Below, piece after piece: positions 47,981 to 56,771 of a DNA stretch of 64,000 nt. A model generated the notes under the pieces. It had not been told where the DNA came from, did not search any database, and saw only the letters and a program-made list of their open reading frames with translations. Origin of the DNA: Candidatus Daviesbacteria bacterium. GTDB lineage: Bacteria > Patescibacteriota > Microgenomatia > Daviesbacterales > UBA10151. The position numbers and the translations under genes are program-made. Each line of letters opens with the position of its first letter. Position 1 is the first letter of the stretch. The stretch covers positions 14,307 to 78,306 of the forward strand of contig JACPZA010000010.1 in NCBI GenBank assembly GCA_016195715.1, read 5' to 3'.

Positions 47981-48012
47981 AAGATGGAAGATAAATTAAG
48001 AGAGTTAATTAA
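47981..48012 (+). repeat. direct repeat copy 2 (orphan duplicate of ABC ATPase 3' end)
   Basis: It has the same 29-nt core. It continues aag ttc tga, encoding the same KF* with synonymous changes relative to aaa ttt taa in copy 1. Confidence 0.9.
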
Positions 48013-48554
48013 GTTCTGAGGGCTCTTTGAGGAGCTCTGTTTGAAGCCGCACGCTTTACAACCTTCGCATGTAGTAGTTCGCGTCTCCAATCTTCCTCAC
48101 TATATCGCAAACCATTTGCTATTTGTTCAAAACCACCTACTCCAAGTCCCGTTTTTCCCTGTTCTACCTTTTGGATGTGAACCTGTGATATTGTTGATGC
48201 CCTTGCCAAATCTTCCTGTGATAACCCAGCTTCCACTCTGAGTCTTTTTAACGCCTGACCTAAACTTAAAGGTTCTAGTTGCTCTAGGGTTAAAGGTTGT
48301 TCTGGCTTTTTCCCGAGTCTAGAATAATCAGCTCTCTTATTTAAAGTTGGTTTTCGACTTCCTTCTAATTCTAAATCAGGAACTTTACGCCTCTCAAGTA
48401 TTGCCTTGCTTGCTTCAATAATCTCCAGTAATGCACCCATCTGGGCATTTGCGATTTTTGCAGCTTCTGGATCTTTTCTTTTAACTGCTTCGGCAGATCT
48501 GGAGGCAGCGATTCCATAAAGGTCAATTAACCTTCCATCAATCATGTTGTGCAT
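48009..48554 (-). CDS. XRE-family HTH protein (G+C-rich, likely foreign)
   Basis: It has a C-terminal Cro/C1-type HTH (LGQALKRLRVEAGLSQEDLARASTISQVHIQKVEQG). The gene is strongly G+C-enriched relative to its neighbours. Confidence 0.55.
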   Translation of the reverse strand: MHNMIDGRLIDLYGIAASRSAEAVKRKDPEAAKIANAQMGALLEIIEASKAILERRKVPDLELEGSRKPTLNKRADYSRLGKKPEQPLTLEQLEPLSLGQALKRLRVEAGLSQEDLARASTISQVHIQKVEQGKTGLGVGGFEQIANGLRYSEEDWRRELLHAKVVKRAASNRAPQRALRT

Positions 48555-48734
48555 TATAGGTTATAATTATGACTCTGTCAACTTAAAAGTGTATATTTGT
48601 TTCGGTTTTTCTTCGTGCTATAATAATTGTCATTCTGAACGTAATGGTGAAGAATATAATATTGTCATTTTGGTAAGCATTGCACATCCAAAATCAACTT
48701 ATATCCTTCAGATGTTTCCTCAGGATGACAAACT

Positions 48735-50699
48735 ATGTCTAAGTTTAAAATTATTTCAGATTTCAAACCGACTGGTGATCAACCTCAGGCCATTGAAAAA
48801 TTAGTTCAGGGGCTAAATGCTGATGAAAAAAATCAAGTTTTACTTGGTGTAACTGGCTCGGGTAAAACTTTTACCATGGCAAATGTGATAGCTGCTGTAA
48901 ATCGCCCAACTTTAGTTATTTCACACAATAAAACTTTAGCTGGACAATTGGCTCAGGAGTTTAAATCAATTTTTCCAGAAAATGCAGTTGAATATTTTGT
49001 GTCTTATTATGATTATTATCAACCTGAGGCATATATTCCCTCATCTGATACTTATATAGAAAAAGATGCCTCTATTAATGAAGAAATAGAAAAACTCAGA
49101 CTCTCTACTACAACTTCTTTGTTAACTAGGCGTGATGTGGTAGTTGTTGCCTCAGTTTCTTGTATTTATAACTTAGGTTCACCAGTTGAATATGGAGGAG
49201 CAATTTTAGAAATTAAAAATGGAGTCAAAATTGGAATTGATTCAGTATTGAAGATGTTAACTAAAATGTACTACCAAAGAAATGACTATGATTTTCAAAG
49301 GAGTACATTTAGATTAAAAGGGGATACTTTAGATATTTTTCCATCCTATTCAGATCAAGCTTTAAGAGTTGAATTTTTTGGGGATAAAATTGAAAGATTA
49401 TCTTATTTAGATCCAGTCACAGGTGCTATTGCTCCAACCCCTCAAACTTTAACCATTTTTCCAGCTAAGCACTATATAACTCCAGAGCAGCGGATTAAAC
49501 CAGCGATTGCTCAAATTGAAGAGGATTTAAGGTTAAGACTAGCAGAACTTAAATCTCAAAATAAATTATTAGAAGCTCAAAGATTAGAGCAGCGAACTTA
49601 TTACGACCTAGAGATGATTAAAGAGTTTGGCTATTGTAATGGCATTGAAAATTATTCTAGATATTTTGATGGTAGAACTCCTGGAGATGCGCCATATAGT
49701 TTAATGGATTATTTTCCTAAAGATTTTTTGTTGATTGTTGATGAATCACATATTAGTTTACCTCAAATCAGAGGGATGTATAACGGTGATAAATCTAGAA
49801 AAGAAACTCTAATTGATTTTGGTTTTAGATTGCCATCTGCACTGGACAATAGGCCACTTAAATTTGATGAGTTTCAAAGAAGAATAACTCAAGCAATTTT
49901 TGTTTCAGCTACTCCAAATGAATATGAACTATCTTTAGCTGGAGCACAAAACGTAGCTCAACAATTAGTTAGGCCAACTGGGATTGTTGATCCAAAAATT
50001 TCAATTAGAAAAACAGAGGGGCAGATTGATGATGTAATTAAAGAAGTTGAAGGCCGGGTTAAAAAGGGTGAACGAGTACTTATAACAACTTTGACCAAAA
50101 GAATGGCCGAGGATTTAGCAGATTTCTTGAAAGAAAAGCAAATTAAAGTTAATTATTTACACTCAGATATTAAAACCTTGGAAAGATCTGATATTTTACA
50201 ATCTTTGCGACTTGGTGAATATGATGTGATTGTGGGAATTAACTTACTTAGAGAAGGTTTGGATTTGCCAGAAGTATCATTGGTTATCATCCTTGATGCA
50301 GATAAAGAGGGTTTTTTGCGCTCTAGAACCTCACTAATTCAAACCATGGGTAGAGCTGCTAGACATGTTAACGGTGAGGTGATTATGTATGCAGATAAAC
50401 AGACTGATTCAATGAAAGCAGCTATTGATGAGGTTGAAAGAAGAAGAAAGTATCAAGAAGATTTTAATAAAAAACATAATATTAAACCTAAAAATATTGT
50501 AAAAGCTTTAAGAGATAGATTAATAGAAAAAATTGAAGAGGAAACTGGTGAGCAAGTTTTAACTGTAGAGCAGATTCCAGAGAGTGAGAGAGAAAGAATC
50601 GTTAAAGAGCTAGAAGAACAAATGAAACAAGCAGCTAGCTTACTTGATTTTGAAACTGCAGCTAGACTTAGAGATCAGATAAAAGAATTAAGTAGCTAA
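48735..50699 (+). CDS. uvrB: excinuclease ABC subunit B
   Basis: It has the [21 protein letters not shown]-terminus, helicase motifs and a C-terminal UVR domain. Confidence 0.95.
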   Translation: MSKFKIISDFKPTGDQPQAIEKLVQGLNADEKNQVLLGVTGSGKTFTMANVIAAVNRPTLVISHNKTLAGQLAQEFKSIFPENAVEYFVSYYDYYQPEAYIPSSDTYIEKDASINEEIEKLRLSTTTSLLTRRDVVVVASVSCIYNLGSPVEYGGAILEIKNGVKIGIDSVLKMLTKMYYQRNDYDFQRSTFRLKGDTLDIFPSYSDQALRVEFFGDKIERLSYLDPVTGAIAPTPQTLTIFPAKHYITPEQRIKPAIAQIEEDLRLRLAELKSQNKLLEAQRLEQRTYYDLEMIKEFGYCNGIENYSRYFDGRTPGDAPYSLMDYFPKDFLLIVDESHISLPQIRGMYNGDKSRKETLIDFGFRLPSALDNRPLKFDEFQRRITQAIFVSATPNEYELSLAGAQNVAQQLVRPTGIVDPKISIRKTEGQIDDVIKEVEGRVKKGERVLITTLTKRMAEDLADFLKEKQIKVNYLHSDIKTLERSDILQSLRLGEYDVIVGINLLREGLDLPEVSLVIILDADKEGFLRSRTSLIQTMGRAARHVNGEVIMYADKQTDSMKAAIDEVERRRKYQEDFNKKHNIKPKNIVKALRDRLIEKIEEETGEQVLTVEQIPESERERIVKELEEQMKQAASLLDFETAARLRDQIKELSS

Positions 50700-50715
50700 A
50701 TTGGTTATTTAAAAT

Positions 50716-51282
50716 TCATCCTTCTGCTACTGGGATTCCATCAACAGTGGCTTTCCAGTGAGTTACTCCATCTCTTTGTTGACTCCAGGCTGCTTGAATT
50801 AAATGACATCGATCATAATCAACATCTGAAACTAAACCATACCAACCGTTATTAAAAGACAGATTATCATCTTTGGATAGGATAAGAGCATCAGCATAAA
50901 GAGCAGGAAACGGTTCTGTCACTTTCTTGAGTCCGGTCACTAAATTTATTTGCTTATCTTCTAGTTTCTCTGTCTGGTTTGGATCAACTATCAATGAATG
51001 AGGTTCGATTGTTTGAGTATAAACACCTTCAAGAGGATAATTATGAGTTGGAGGATAATAAATTCTAGTTGAAAGCAAGGGAGTGATTCGCTGTTTAACT
51101 AAAGTAAGAGAATCCATTATTCCATGTTTTGAACACTCAGTTAAGGGATGAGTAGTTTCTGGAGATGTTGAGGGTGATTGGCAAGCTATCAGTTGGGCTG
51201 CGAGTAAAAAATTAGTTGTTAGTATTAAAAACCTATTTTTTAAATATTCTCTAGATCTTTCTGGAACAACTATTTCTATCAT
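50716..51282 (-). CDS. hypothetical lipoprotein
   Basis: It has a signal peptide with an LIAC lipobox over 188 aa. Confidence 0.4.
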   Translation of the reverse strand: MIEIVVPERSREYLKNRFLILTTNFLLAAQLIACQSPSTSPETTHPLTECSKHGIMDSLTLVKQRITPLLSTRIYYPPTHNYPLEGVYTQTIEPHSLIVDPNQTEKLEDKQINLVTGLKKVTEPFPALYADALILSKDDNLSFNNGWYGLVSDVDYDRCHLIQAAWSQQRDGVTHWKATVDGIPVAEG

Positions 51283-51374
51283 TAATTTCTCAGATTATAT
51301 TGCTAAGATTAAAAATTTTCAAACTTATAACTACCAAGGAAGGAGGAGAAACTGCAGAACTTAGTGATTAAGTT

Positions 51375-52043
51375 TTATTTTTCAAAGATAATTTGATCAA
51401 CTTTTGTGTTGTGCCAAACAATTGTAGTTCGGTGAGGAGTTTGGGTAGAAACTTGACCTAATTTTTCTCCAAAAGAGTTATTAAAAACTGCGACTTCAGG
51501 TATACTAACTTGAGCATAAATTGCACTGTTATGAGTAGTTTGATCTGTAAGAGTTTCTATATCAACTTCAAAAACTTGACTTGGAAAGCCCCATCTTCTG
51601 GGAAATTCAAACTTAGTTAAATTTACACCACCAGTTTTTTCTAACTCTAAGAAATATGCTTGTTCAAGAGCTAAAACTAAAATACCATTTTCTGGGTGAG
51701 CTAAAGAATTTTCAAACGCAACTCTTGGATAATCACTAGTATTAGCAATCTTAGGAAATGAATAGACTTTTTGAGTTAAATCTAAAGTAGGATTTTCTGA
51801 AGTTAAGCCCAAGGGAAAATAGTGGTCATAAAGGTGGGGTGAAACAACTGCAGTTGGAGCTATTTCTAAGTTTACAACAGTTTCAGTTGGGGTTGAAAGC
51901 ATTGGAGTTGGTAAAGCTGGTCTGGCTGGGGTAGGAGGTATAGAAGTTGAAGTTGGTGCAACCGGTGTTCTTTCAGAAGTACAAGCAGCTAGGGCAACTG
52001 CAGCGAAAGCTAGAGGCAAAAATCTTTTGAATTCAGATCTCAT
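51375..52043 (-). CDS. hypothetical lipoprotein
   Basis: It has a signal peptide with an LAAC lipobox and a Pro/Thr-rich linker over 222 aa. Confidence 0.4.
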   Translation of the reverse strand: MRSEFKRFLPLAFAAVALAACTSERTPVAPTSTSIPPTPARPALPTPMLSTPTETVVNLEIAPTAVVSPHLYDHYFPLGLTSENPTLDLTQKVYSFPKIANTSDYPRVAFENSLAHPENGILVLALEQAYFLELEKTGGVNLTKFEFPRRWGFPSQVFEVDIETLTDQTTHNSAIYAQVSIPEVAVFNNSFGEKLGQVSTQTPHRTTIVWHNTKVDQIIFEK

Positions 52044-52196
52044 AATCTAAGATAAGCTTAATTAAATCAATTATCAAAAATGTAAGAGAGAGGTTAGGAA
52101 TAAGAAAGAACTAAAATAAGTTTCTTCCCTTGCTAAATTATCTAAAAATGAGTTAAAATATCTTGTTTAATTTCGGGTTTAATTCGCAAAATTCTT

Positions 52197-55100
52197 ATGA
52201 CAAACTCTACAGATAAAATTATCATTAAAGGTGCAAGGGAACACAACCTCAAGAATATTGATTTAACTATTCCTAAAAATAAATTAGTGGTTTTTACAGG
52301 GATTTCAGGTTCAGGTAAATCTTCTTTAGCTTTTGATACTTTATATGCAGAAGGGCAAAGAAGGTATGTGGAATCACTCTCTGCCTATGCCAGGCAATTT
52401 TTAGGGGTTATGGATAAGCCAGATGTAGATTATATTGAAGGTTTATCTCCGGCAATTTCTATTGATCAAAAGTCAGCATCTCATAATCCCCGCTCAACTG
52501 TTGGAACAACTACAGAAATTTATGATTACTTAAGGCTGTTGTTTGCCAGAGTGGGTCATCCTCATTGTCCAATTTGTGGCCGAGAAATTTCTCGAATGTC
52601 AATTGAACAAATTGTTGCTCAGGTTTTAGCTTCAGTTTCCAGCGATAAAAAAGGCAGACGAATTATGATTTTAGCGCCAGTTGTCAAGGATCGAAAAGGT
52701 GAATATACCTCATTGTTTGAGGATCTTAGAAAAAAAGGCTTTTCTAAAGTTAGGATTGATAAACAAGTTCGGGATTTAGGCGAGGATTTAATGTTAATTA
52801 AAACTAACAAACACACTATTGATGTAGTAGTAGATCGTTTGGTTTTGGACAAAAAAAGTATTCATGATCAAAAAACTTCCTCAAGGTTATCACAATCAAT
52901 TGAAGCAGCGCTTAAATTAGGTGAGGGCTCAGTAATAATCTCTGAGGTTTTAGATGCTGCGCTAGAATTTCCCAGCAACCCCAAAAAAATGCAGGATCAT
53001 TTATATTCAGAGCGCTTTGCTTGTCCAGTAGATAATATTGCTCTTTCTGAGATTGAACCAAGGCTTTTTTCTTTTAATTCACCTCATGGAGCATGCACTG
53101 AGTGCAGTGGTCTAGGAACTCTTTTAGAAATTGATCCGCAGTTAATCTTAAACCCTATTTTATCAATTGCTGAGGGGGGAATTTTACCCTGGTCCAAACT
53201 GGGTAGTTCTGAAACTTGGTTTACTCGTTTAATTGAATCAGTTGGTAAAGAGTATGGTTTTGACATTAGCACAAGACTTGGGAATTTGTCCGAGGAGGCT
53301 CGAAAAACACTGTTATATGGAGCTAATAAAAAACAATTTAAAGTTGAAGGCAAAAATAGAGAAGGTCGCTGGACTCACTTTTTCTCCACGTTTAAGGGTT
53401 TAGTTGAGTATTTAAAAGAAAGATATAAAAATTCGGAATCTGAGTGGGTTAAACAAGAGATTGAAAAATATATGCTTAAAGAGATCTGTCCAAAATGTAA
53501 TGGTGCAAGGCTTAAAAATGAAGCACTATCAGTTAGCATATTAGCCTCAAATATCGCTTTGGCTACTAATAAATCTATTAGAGATTCACTATCCTGGATT
53601 AAATTATTAAAAAAGCCAGAACTAAATGAGAGGGAGCTAACAATTGCTGCTCCAATTATTAAAGAAATTGATTCCAGGCTACAATTTTTAATTGATGTGG
53701 GACTAGATTATCTAACGCTAGATCGAGCTTCGATGACTTTAGCTGGTGGTGAATCCCAGCGAATTAGGTTAGCTTCGCAAATTGGCTCAGGCCTTTCTGG
53801 AGTTTTGTATGTTTTGGATGAGCCTTCAATTGGGTTGCACCAGCGAGATAATACTAGATTAATTACTACTTTAAAAAAATTAAGGGATTTAGGGAACACT
53901 GTCATAGTTAATGAACATGACGCTGAAACCATGGAAAATGCTGATTTTTTGGTGGAAATTGGACCAGGGGCAGGTGAACATGGTGGAAGAATTGTTGCTT
54001 TGGGTGATCCAAAAAGCTTAAAAACTAATCCTAACTCTTTAACTGGAAAATATTTATCTGGAAAGAAAAAAATTCAAGTTCAGGCTGAAAAACCACTAAC
54101 AAACCATGCTTTAGAATTAAAAATTGTTGGAGCTTCTGAGCATAATCTAAAAAACACTGATATTAGTTTACCTCTAGGTAGGTTTATTGCTGTGACTGGA
54201 GTGTCAGGTTCTGGAAAGTCTACTTTAGTGCATGACATTTTATATAAAGCCCTAGCTAATCATTTTTATCACTCTAAAGAACGTCCAGGAAAATATAGAG
54301 AAATTGTTGGGATTGATAATATCGATAAAGTAATTTTAGTTGACCAATCACCAATTGGCAGAACTCCTCGTTCTAATCCAGCCACTTACACAGGCGCATT
54401 TACATTTATTAGAGAGATTTTTGCCCAGTCACCTGAGGCTAAAATTAAAGGTTATGGACCTGGTAGGTTTTCTTTTAATGTTAAAGGTGGAAGGTGTGAA
54501 GTATGTCAAGGAGAAGGCCAAATAAAAATAGAGATGCAGTTTTTGCCAGATGTATTTGTAACTTGTGAAGGTTGTAATGGTAGAAGATATAACAGAGAAG
54601 CATTGGAAATTCATTTCAAAGAAAGAAATATTTCAGAAGTTTTGGATATGACTGTTGAGGAAGCATTAGCTTTTTTTACTAATATCCCCCAAGTTAAAAA
54701 TAAATTAGAAGTATTAAATGATGTTGGCTTAGGTTATATCCGCTTAGGTCAAAGTGCACCAACTTTATCTGGTGGAGAAGCCCAAAGAATTAAATTATCT
54801 TCTGAGTTATCAAAACGTCCAACTGGACATACATTATATATATTAGACGAACCAACAACTGGTTTGCATTTTGCAGATATTGAAAGATTGCTTCAGATTT
54901 TAAGAAAGCTAGTTAATTATGGAAACACAGTTGTGATTATTGAGCATAATTTAGATGTGATAAAAAATGTTGATTGGGTTATTGATTTGGGTCCAGAAGG
55001 GGGAGAGGGTGGTGGAAAAATTATCGCTACTGGCACTCCTTCTGATATAGCTAAAGTTAAAACTTCTCACACTGGTCAGTATTTAGCAAAAATTATTTAG
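52197..55100 (+). CDS. uvrA: excinuclease ABC subunit A
   Basis: It has two ABC ATPase modules (GISGSGKSSLAFDT; GVSGSGKSTLV) and zinc-finger Cys clusters over 967 aa. Confidence 0.95.
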   Translation: MTNSTDKIIIKGAREHNLKNIDLTIPKNKLVVFTGISGSGKSSLAFDTLYAEGQRRYVESLSAYARQFLGVMDKPDVDYIEGLSPAISIDQKSASHNPRSTVGTTTEIYDYLRLLFARVGHPHCPICGREISRMSIEQIVAQVLASVSSDKKGRRIMILAPVVKDRKGEYTSLFEDLRKKGFSKVRIDKQVRDLGEDLMLIKTNKHTIDVVVDRLVLDKKSIHDQKTSSRLSQSIEAALKLGEGSVIISEVLDAALEFPSNPKKMQDHLYSERFACPVDNIALSEIEPRLFSFNSPHGACTECSGLGTLLEIDPQLILNPILSIAEGGILPWSKLGSSETWFTRLIESVGKEYGFDISTRLGNLSEEARKTLLYGANKKQFKVEGKNREGRWTHFFSTFKGLVEYLKERYKNSESEWVKQEIEKYMLKEICPKCNGARLKNEALSVSILASNIALATNKSIRDSLSWIKLLKKPELNERELTIAAPIIKEIDSRLQFLIDVGLDYLTLDRASMTLAGGESQRIRLASQIGSGLSGVLYVLDEPSIGLHQRDNTRLITTLKKLRDLGNTVIVNEHDAETMENADFLVEIGPGAGEHGGRIVALGDPKSLKTNPNSLTGKYLSGKKKIQVQAEKPLTNHALELKIVGASEHNLKNTDISLPLGRFIAVTGVSGSGKSTLVHDILYKALANHFYHSKERPGKYREIVGIDNIDKVILVDQSPIGRTPRSNPATYTGAFTFIREIFAQSPEAKIKGYGPGRFSFNVKGGRCEVCQGEGQIKIEMQFLPDVFVTCEGCNGRRYNREALEIHFKERNISEVLDMTVEEALAFFTNIPQVKNKLEVLNDVGLGYIRLGQSAPTLSGGEAQRIKLSSELSKRPTGHTLYILDEPTTGLHFADIERLLQILRKLVNYGNTVVIIEHNLDVIKNVDWVIDLGPEGGEGGGKIIATGTPSDIAKVKTSHTGQYLAKII

Positions 55101-55216
55101 GTAGACCGTCAGTTTTCTGAGGTTTGGGACCTATTGCAAGATAGGTGTTTTGAATAGCTACTTTGAGGTCTGGACCAAGTACTTCACTCAAAGCCGTCGT
55201 AGCTTTGATATCTGCC

Positions 55217-55417
55217 TCATCTAGGGAATCTTCCAGCATCTACTGGAAATCCAGCACGACGAAGAACTCCACCATGATAAGCTCTGTAAAAATCGCGTTG
55301 TGCTTGAAGAAGTGCTTCCACACTAACAGATCCTCTTGGGCTTGTAACTTCTGACGTTGGATCCAATTCTAGGTTCAATATTCCGGGAACAACTCGGTAT
55401 AGCTCTGATTTCGCCAT
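55217..55417 (-). pseudogene. G+C-rich small ORF with apparent frameshifted 3' extension (to ~55101)
   Basis: A 66-aa ORF ends at 55217. The neighbouring frame stays open to the uvrA stop (…ADIKATTALSEVLGPDLKVAIQNTYLAIGPKPQKTDGLPK*). Confidence 0.2.
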
Positions 55418-55437
55418 GGGTGAATACTATCAACTCC

Positions 55438-56187
55438 TATTTACTAAGTCAACAATGTTTCGGTGATTACGACTTATTTAGCTTTACACCTGGAAGGTGC
55501 AATCCTAATTATCAATAAGCTTGTGTTTCATTGTGTCTAAGCTTTTTCCATACTCAACCTGATCTTTTACAAAATCTTCATAGTTTTGAGATGAGGGGAA
55601 AAAATCTAAAACTGAAATACTAGATAATATTCCCTTACCCTGAAGATACTCTGGATAAGAGGACCAGGGATAGAATTCCAATTTTTTGGCAACCAGTGAA
55701 ACAATAGGATTAAGATGGATATACCTTGATAAATGAATCAGTTGTTCATCAGTTTCTACCCTTACTGATTTAAAAGATCCTTGGAGTAATGGTCCAGTCC
55801 TTTTATATTTAGTGTTAAAGTATTTTGTAAAGCTATTGGAAAGTTGGCTTAAAAAAGTTGAAATTCCATTTTCTTGCAACTGTTTAACCAGAAAATGAAA
55901 ATGATTAGGCATTAAGCAATAACAAGTAACCTCAACTAGTTTTTTACTCGGATCAAGTTTAGGGGTAAAGAGTTTAGATTTTGTAAAAAGTGAGAACTTA
56001 GGCTTTGGACCAGAAAACTGATAATAGTAAAAAGTCTGCTGAAATCTTTTATAATCTCTTGGCTGAAGAAAGATTTCTTGCTTATTAACTCCTCTGTTAA
56101 AAATATGGTAAAACTCTTGATTTACTAAGGGAGTATTCCTGCCTGGCATGTTTTTAGTTTAGCTTTACACCTTTAAGGTGTCAAGCC
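55438..56187 (-). mobile_element. REP-associated tyrosine transposase (RAYT)/IS200-like unit with hairpin-bearing flanking repeats
   Basis: A Y1 HUH transposase gene is bracketed by two about 68-nt units (55438..55505 and 56120..56187). Each unit contains ATTTACTAAG, then 29 nt, then TTAGCTTTACACCTnnnAAGGTGnCAAnCC, with a CACCT/AGGTG hairpin. Confidence 0.6.
55505..56149 (-). CDS. Y1 HUH transposase, RAYT / IS200-like (COG1943)
   Basis: It has the HUH motif (CLMPNHFHFLV) and the catalytic-Tyr motif (SRYIHLNPI...YPWSSY) over 214 aa. Confidence 0.75.
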   Translation of the reverse strand: MPGRNTPLVNQEFYHIFNRGVNKQEIFLQPRDYKRFQQTFYYYQFSGPKPKFSLFTKSKLFTPKLDPSKKLVEVTCYCLMPNHFHFLVKQLQENGISTFLSQLSNSFTKYFNTKYKRTGPLLQGSFKSVRVETDEQLIHLSRYIHLNPIVSLVAKKLEFYPWSSYPEYLQGKGILSSISVLDFFPSSQNYEDFVKDQVEYGKSLDTMKHKLIDN

Positions 56188-56214
56188 AACTATTATAAAC
56201 TTTTAATAGTTAAG

Positions 56215-56706
56215 TTAAGGGTTTGAAAGGGATCTTACAGAATCAACTGGAACAGCTAGATAGTAATTTTCTAGTAGAATACCTTCACCTCGCACTGTCC
56301 TAAGGTGTTTGGGGTGCTTTGGATCATCTTCAATCCTTACCCTTAATCTACCCAATGGCATCATGAAACCTCCTCTGCTTCCAAAAATCTCATTTCCTTT
56401 TTTATGTGATAAGAAGTCGTTATTACTGACTAAAGCAATTACTAGATTTTGTTCTACAAACGGTGGAAGGATTAGCTCGCCATTTTTTCTTAGCACAAGC
56501 TGCGGGCTACTAGTTTGAGTAAGTATGTCTATTTCTAAATCAGGCGAAACTTGTTGACTTGACAAGGGAAATAATTCATCGCCAAAATAGCGTCGTAAGA
56601 ATTGAACTGTTTTAACTGCTCCAACGATCCTTTCGTCCCCTGCCAAATACTCTGGTGTTCTTTTTTTGGCTGCAATCCAATATTTTAAAGCCCCTTCAAG
56701 TCTCAT
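56215..56706 (-). CDS. hypothetical protein upstream of transposase
   Basis: It is a 163-aa ORF on the same strand, and no family was recognised. Confidence 0.35.
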   Translation of the reverse strand: MRLEGALKYWIAAKKRTPEYLAGDERIVGAVKTVQFLRRYFGDELFPLSSQQVSPDLEIDILTQTSSPQLVLRKNGELILPPFVEQNLVIALVSNNDFLSHKKGNEIFGSRGGFMMPLGRLRVRIEDDPKHPKHLRTVRGEGILLENYYLAVPVDSVRSLSNP

Positions 56707-56771
56707 ATCCTGTAGTATATTATTTTTTTAGTAAAATATCAAACTTGCTCTAATTCTGATAAAATTTAGGT

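Noticed and set aside
52619-54614. Several 61-89-aa antisense or alternate-frame ORFs within uvrA
   Set aside because: They are nested in a highly conserved CDS, so they are artefacts.
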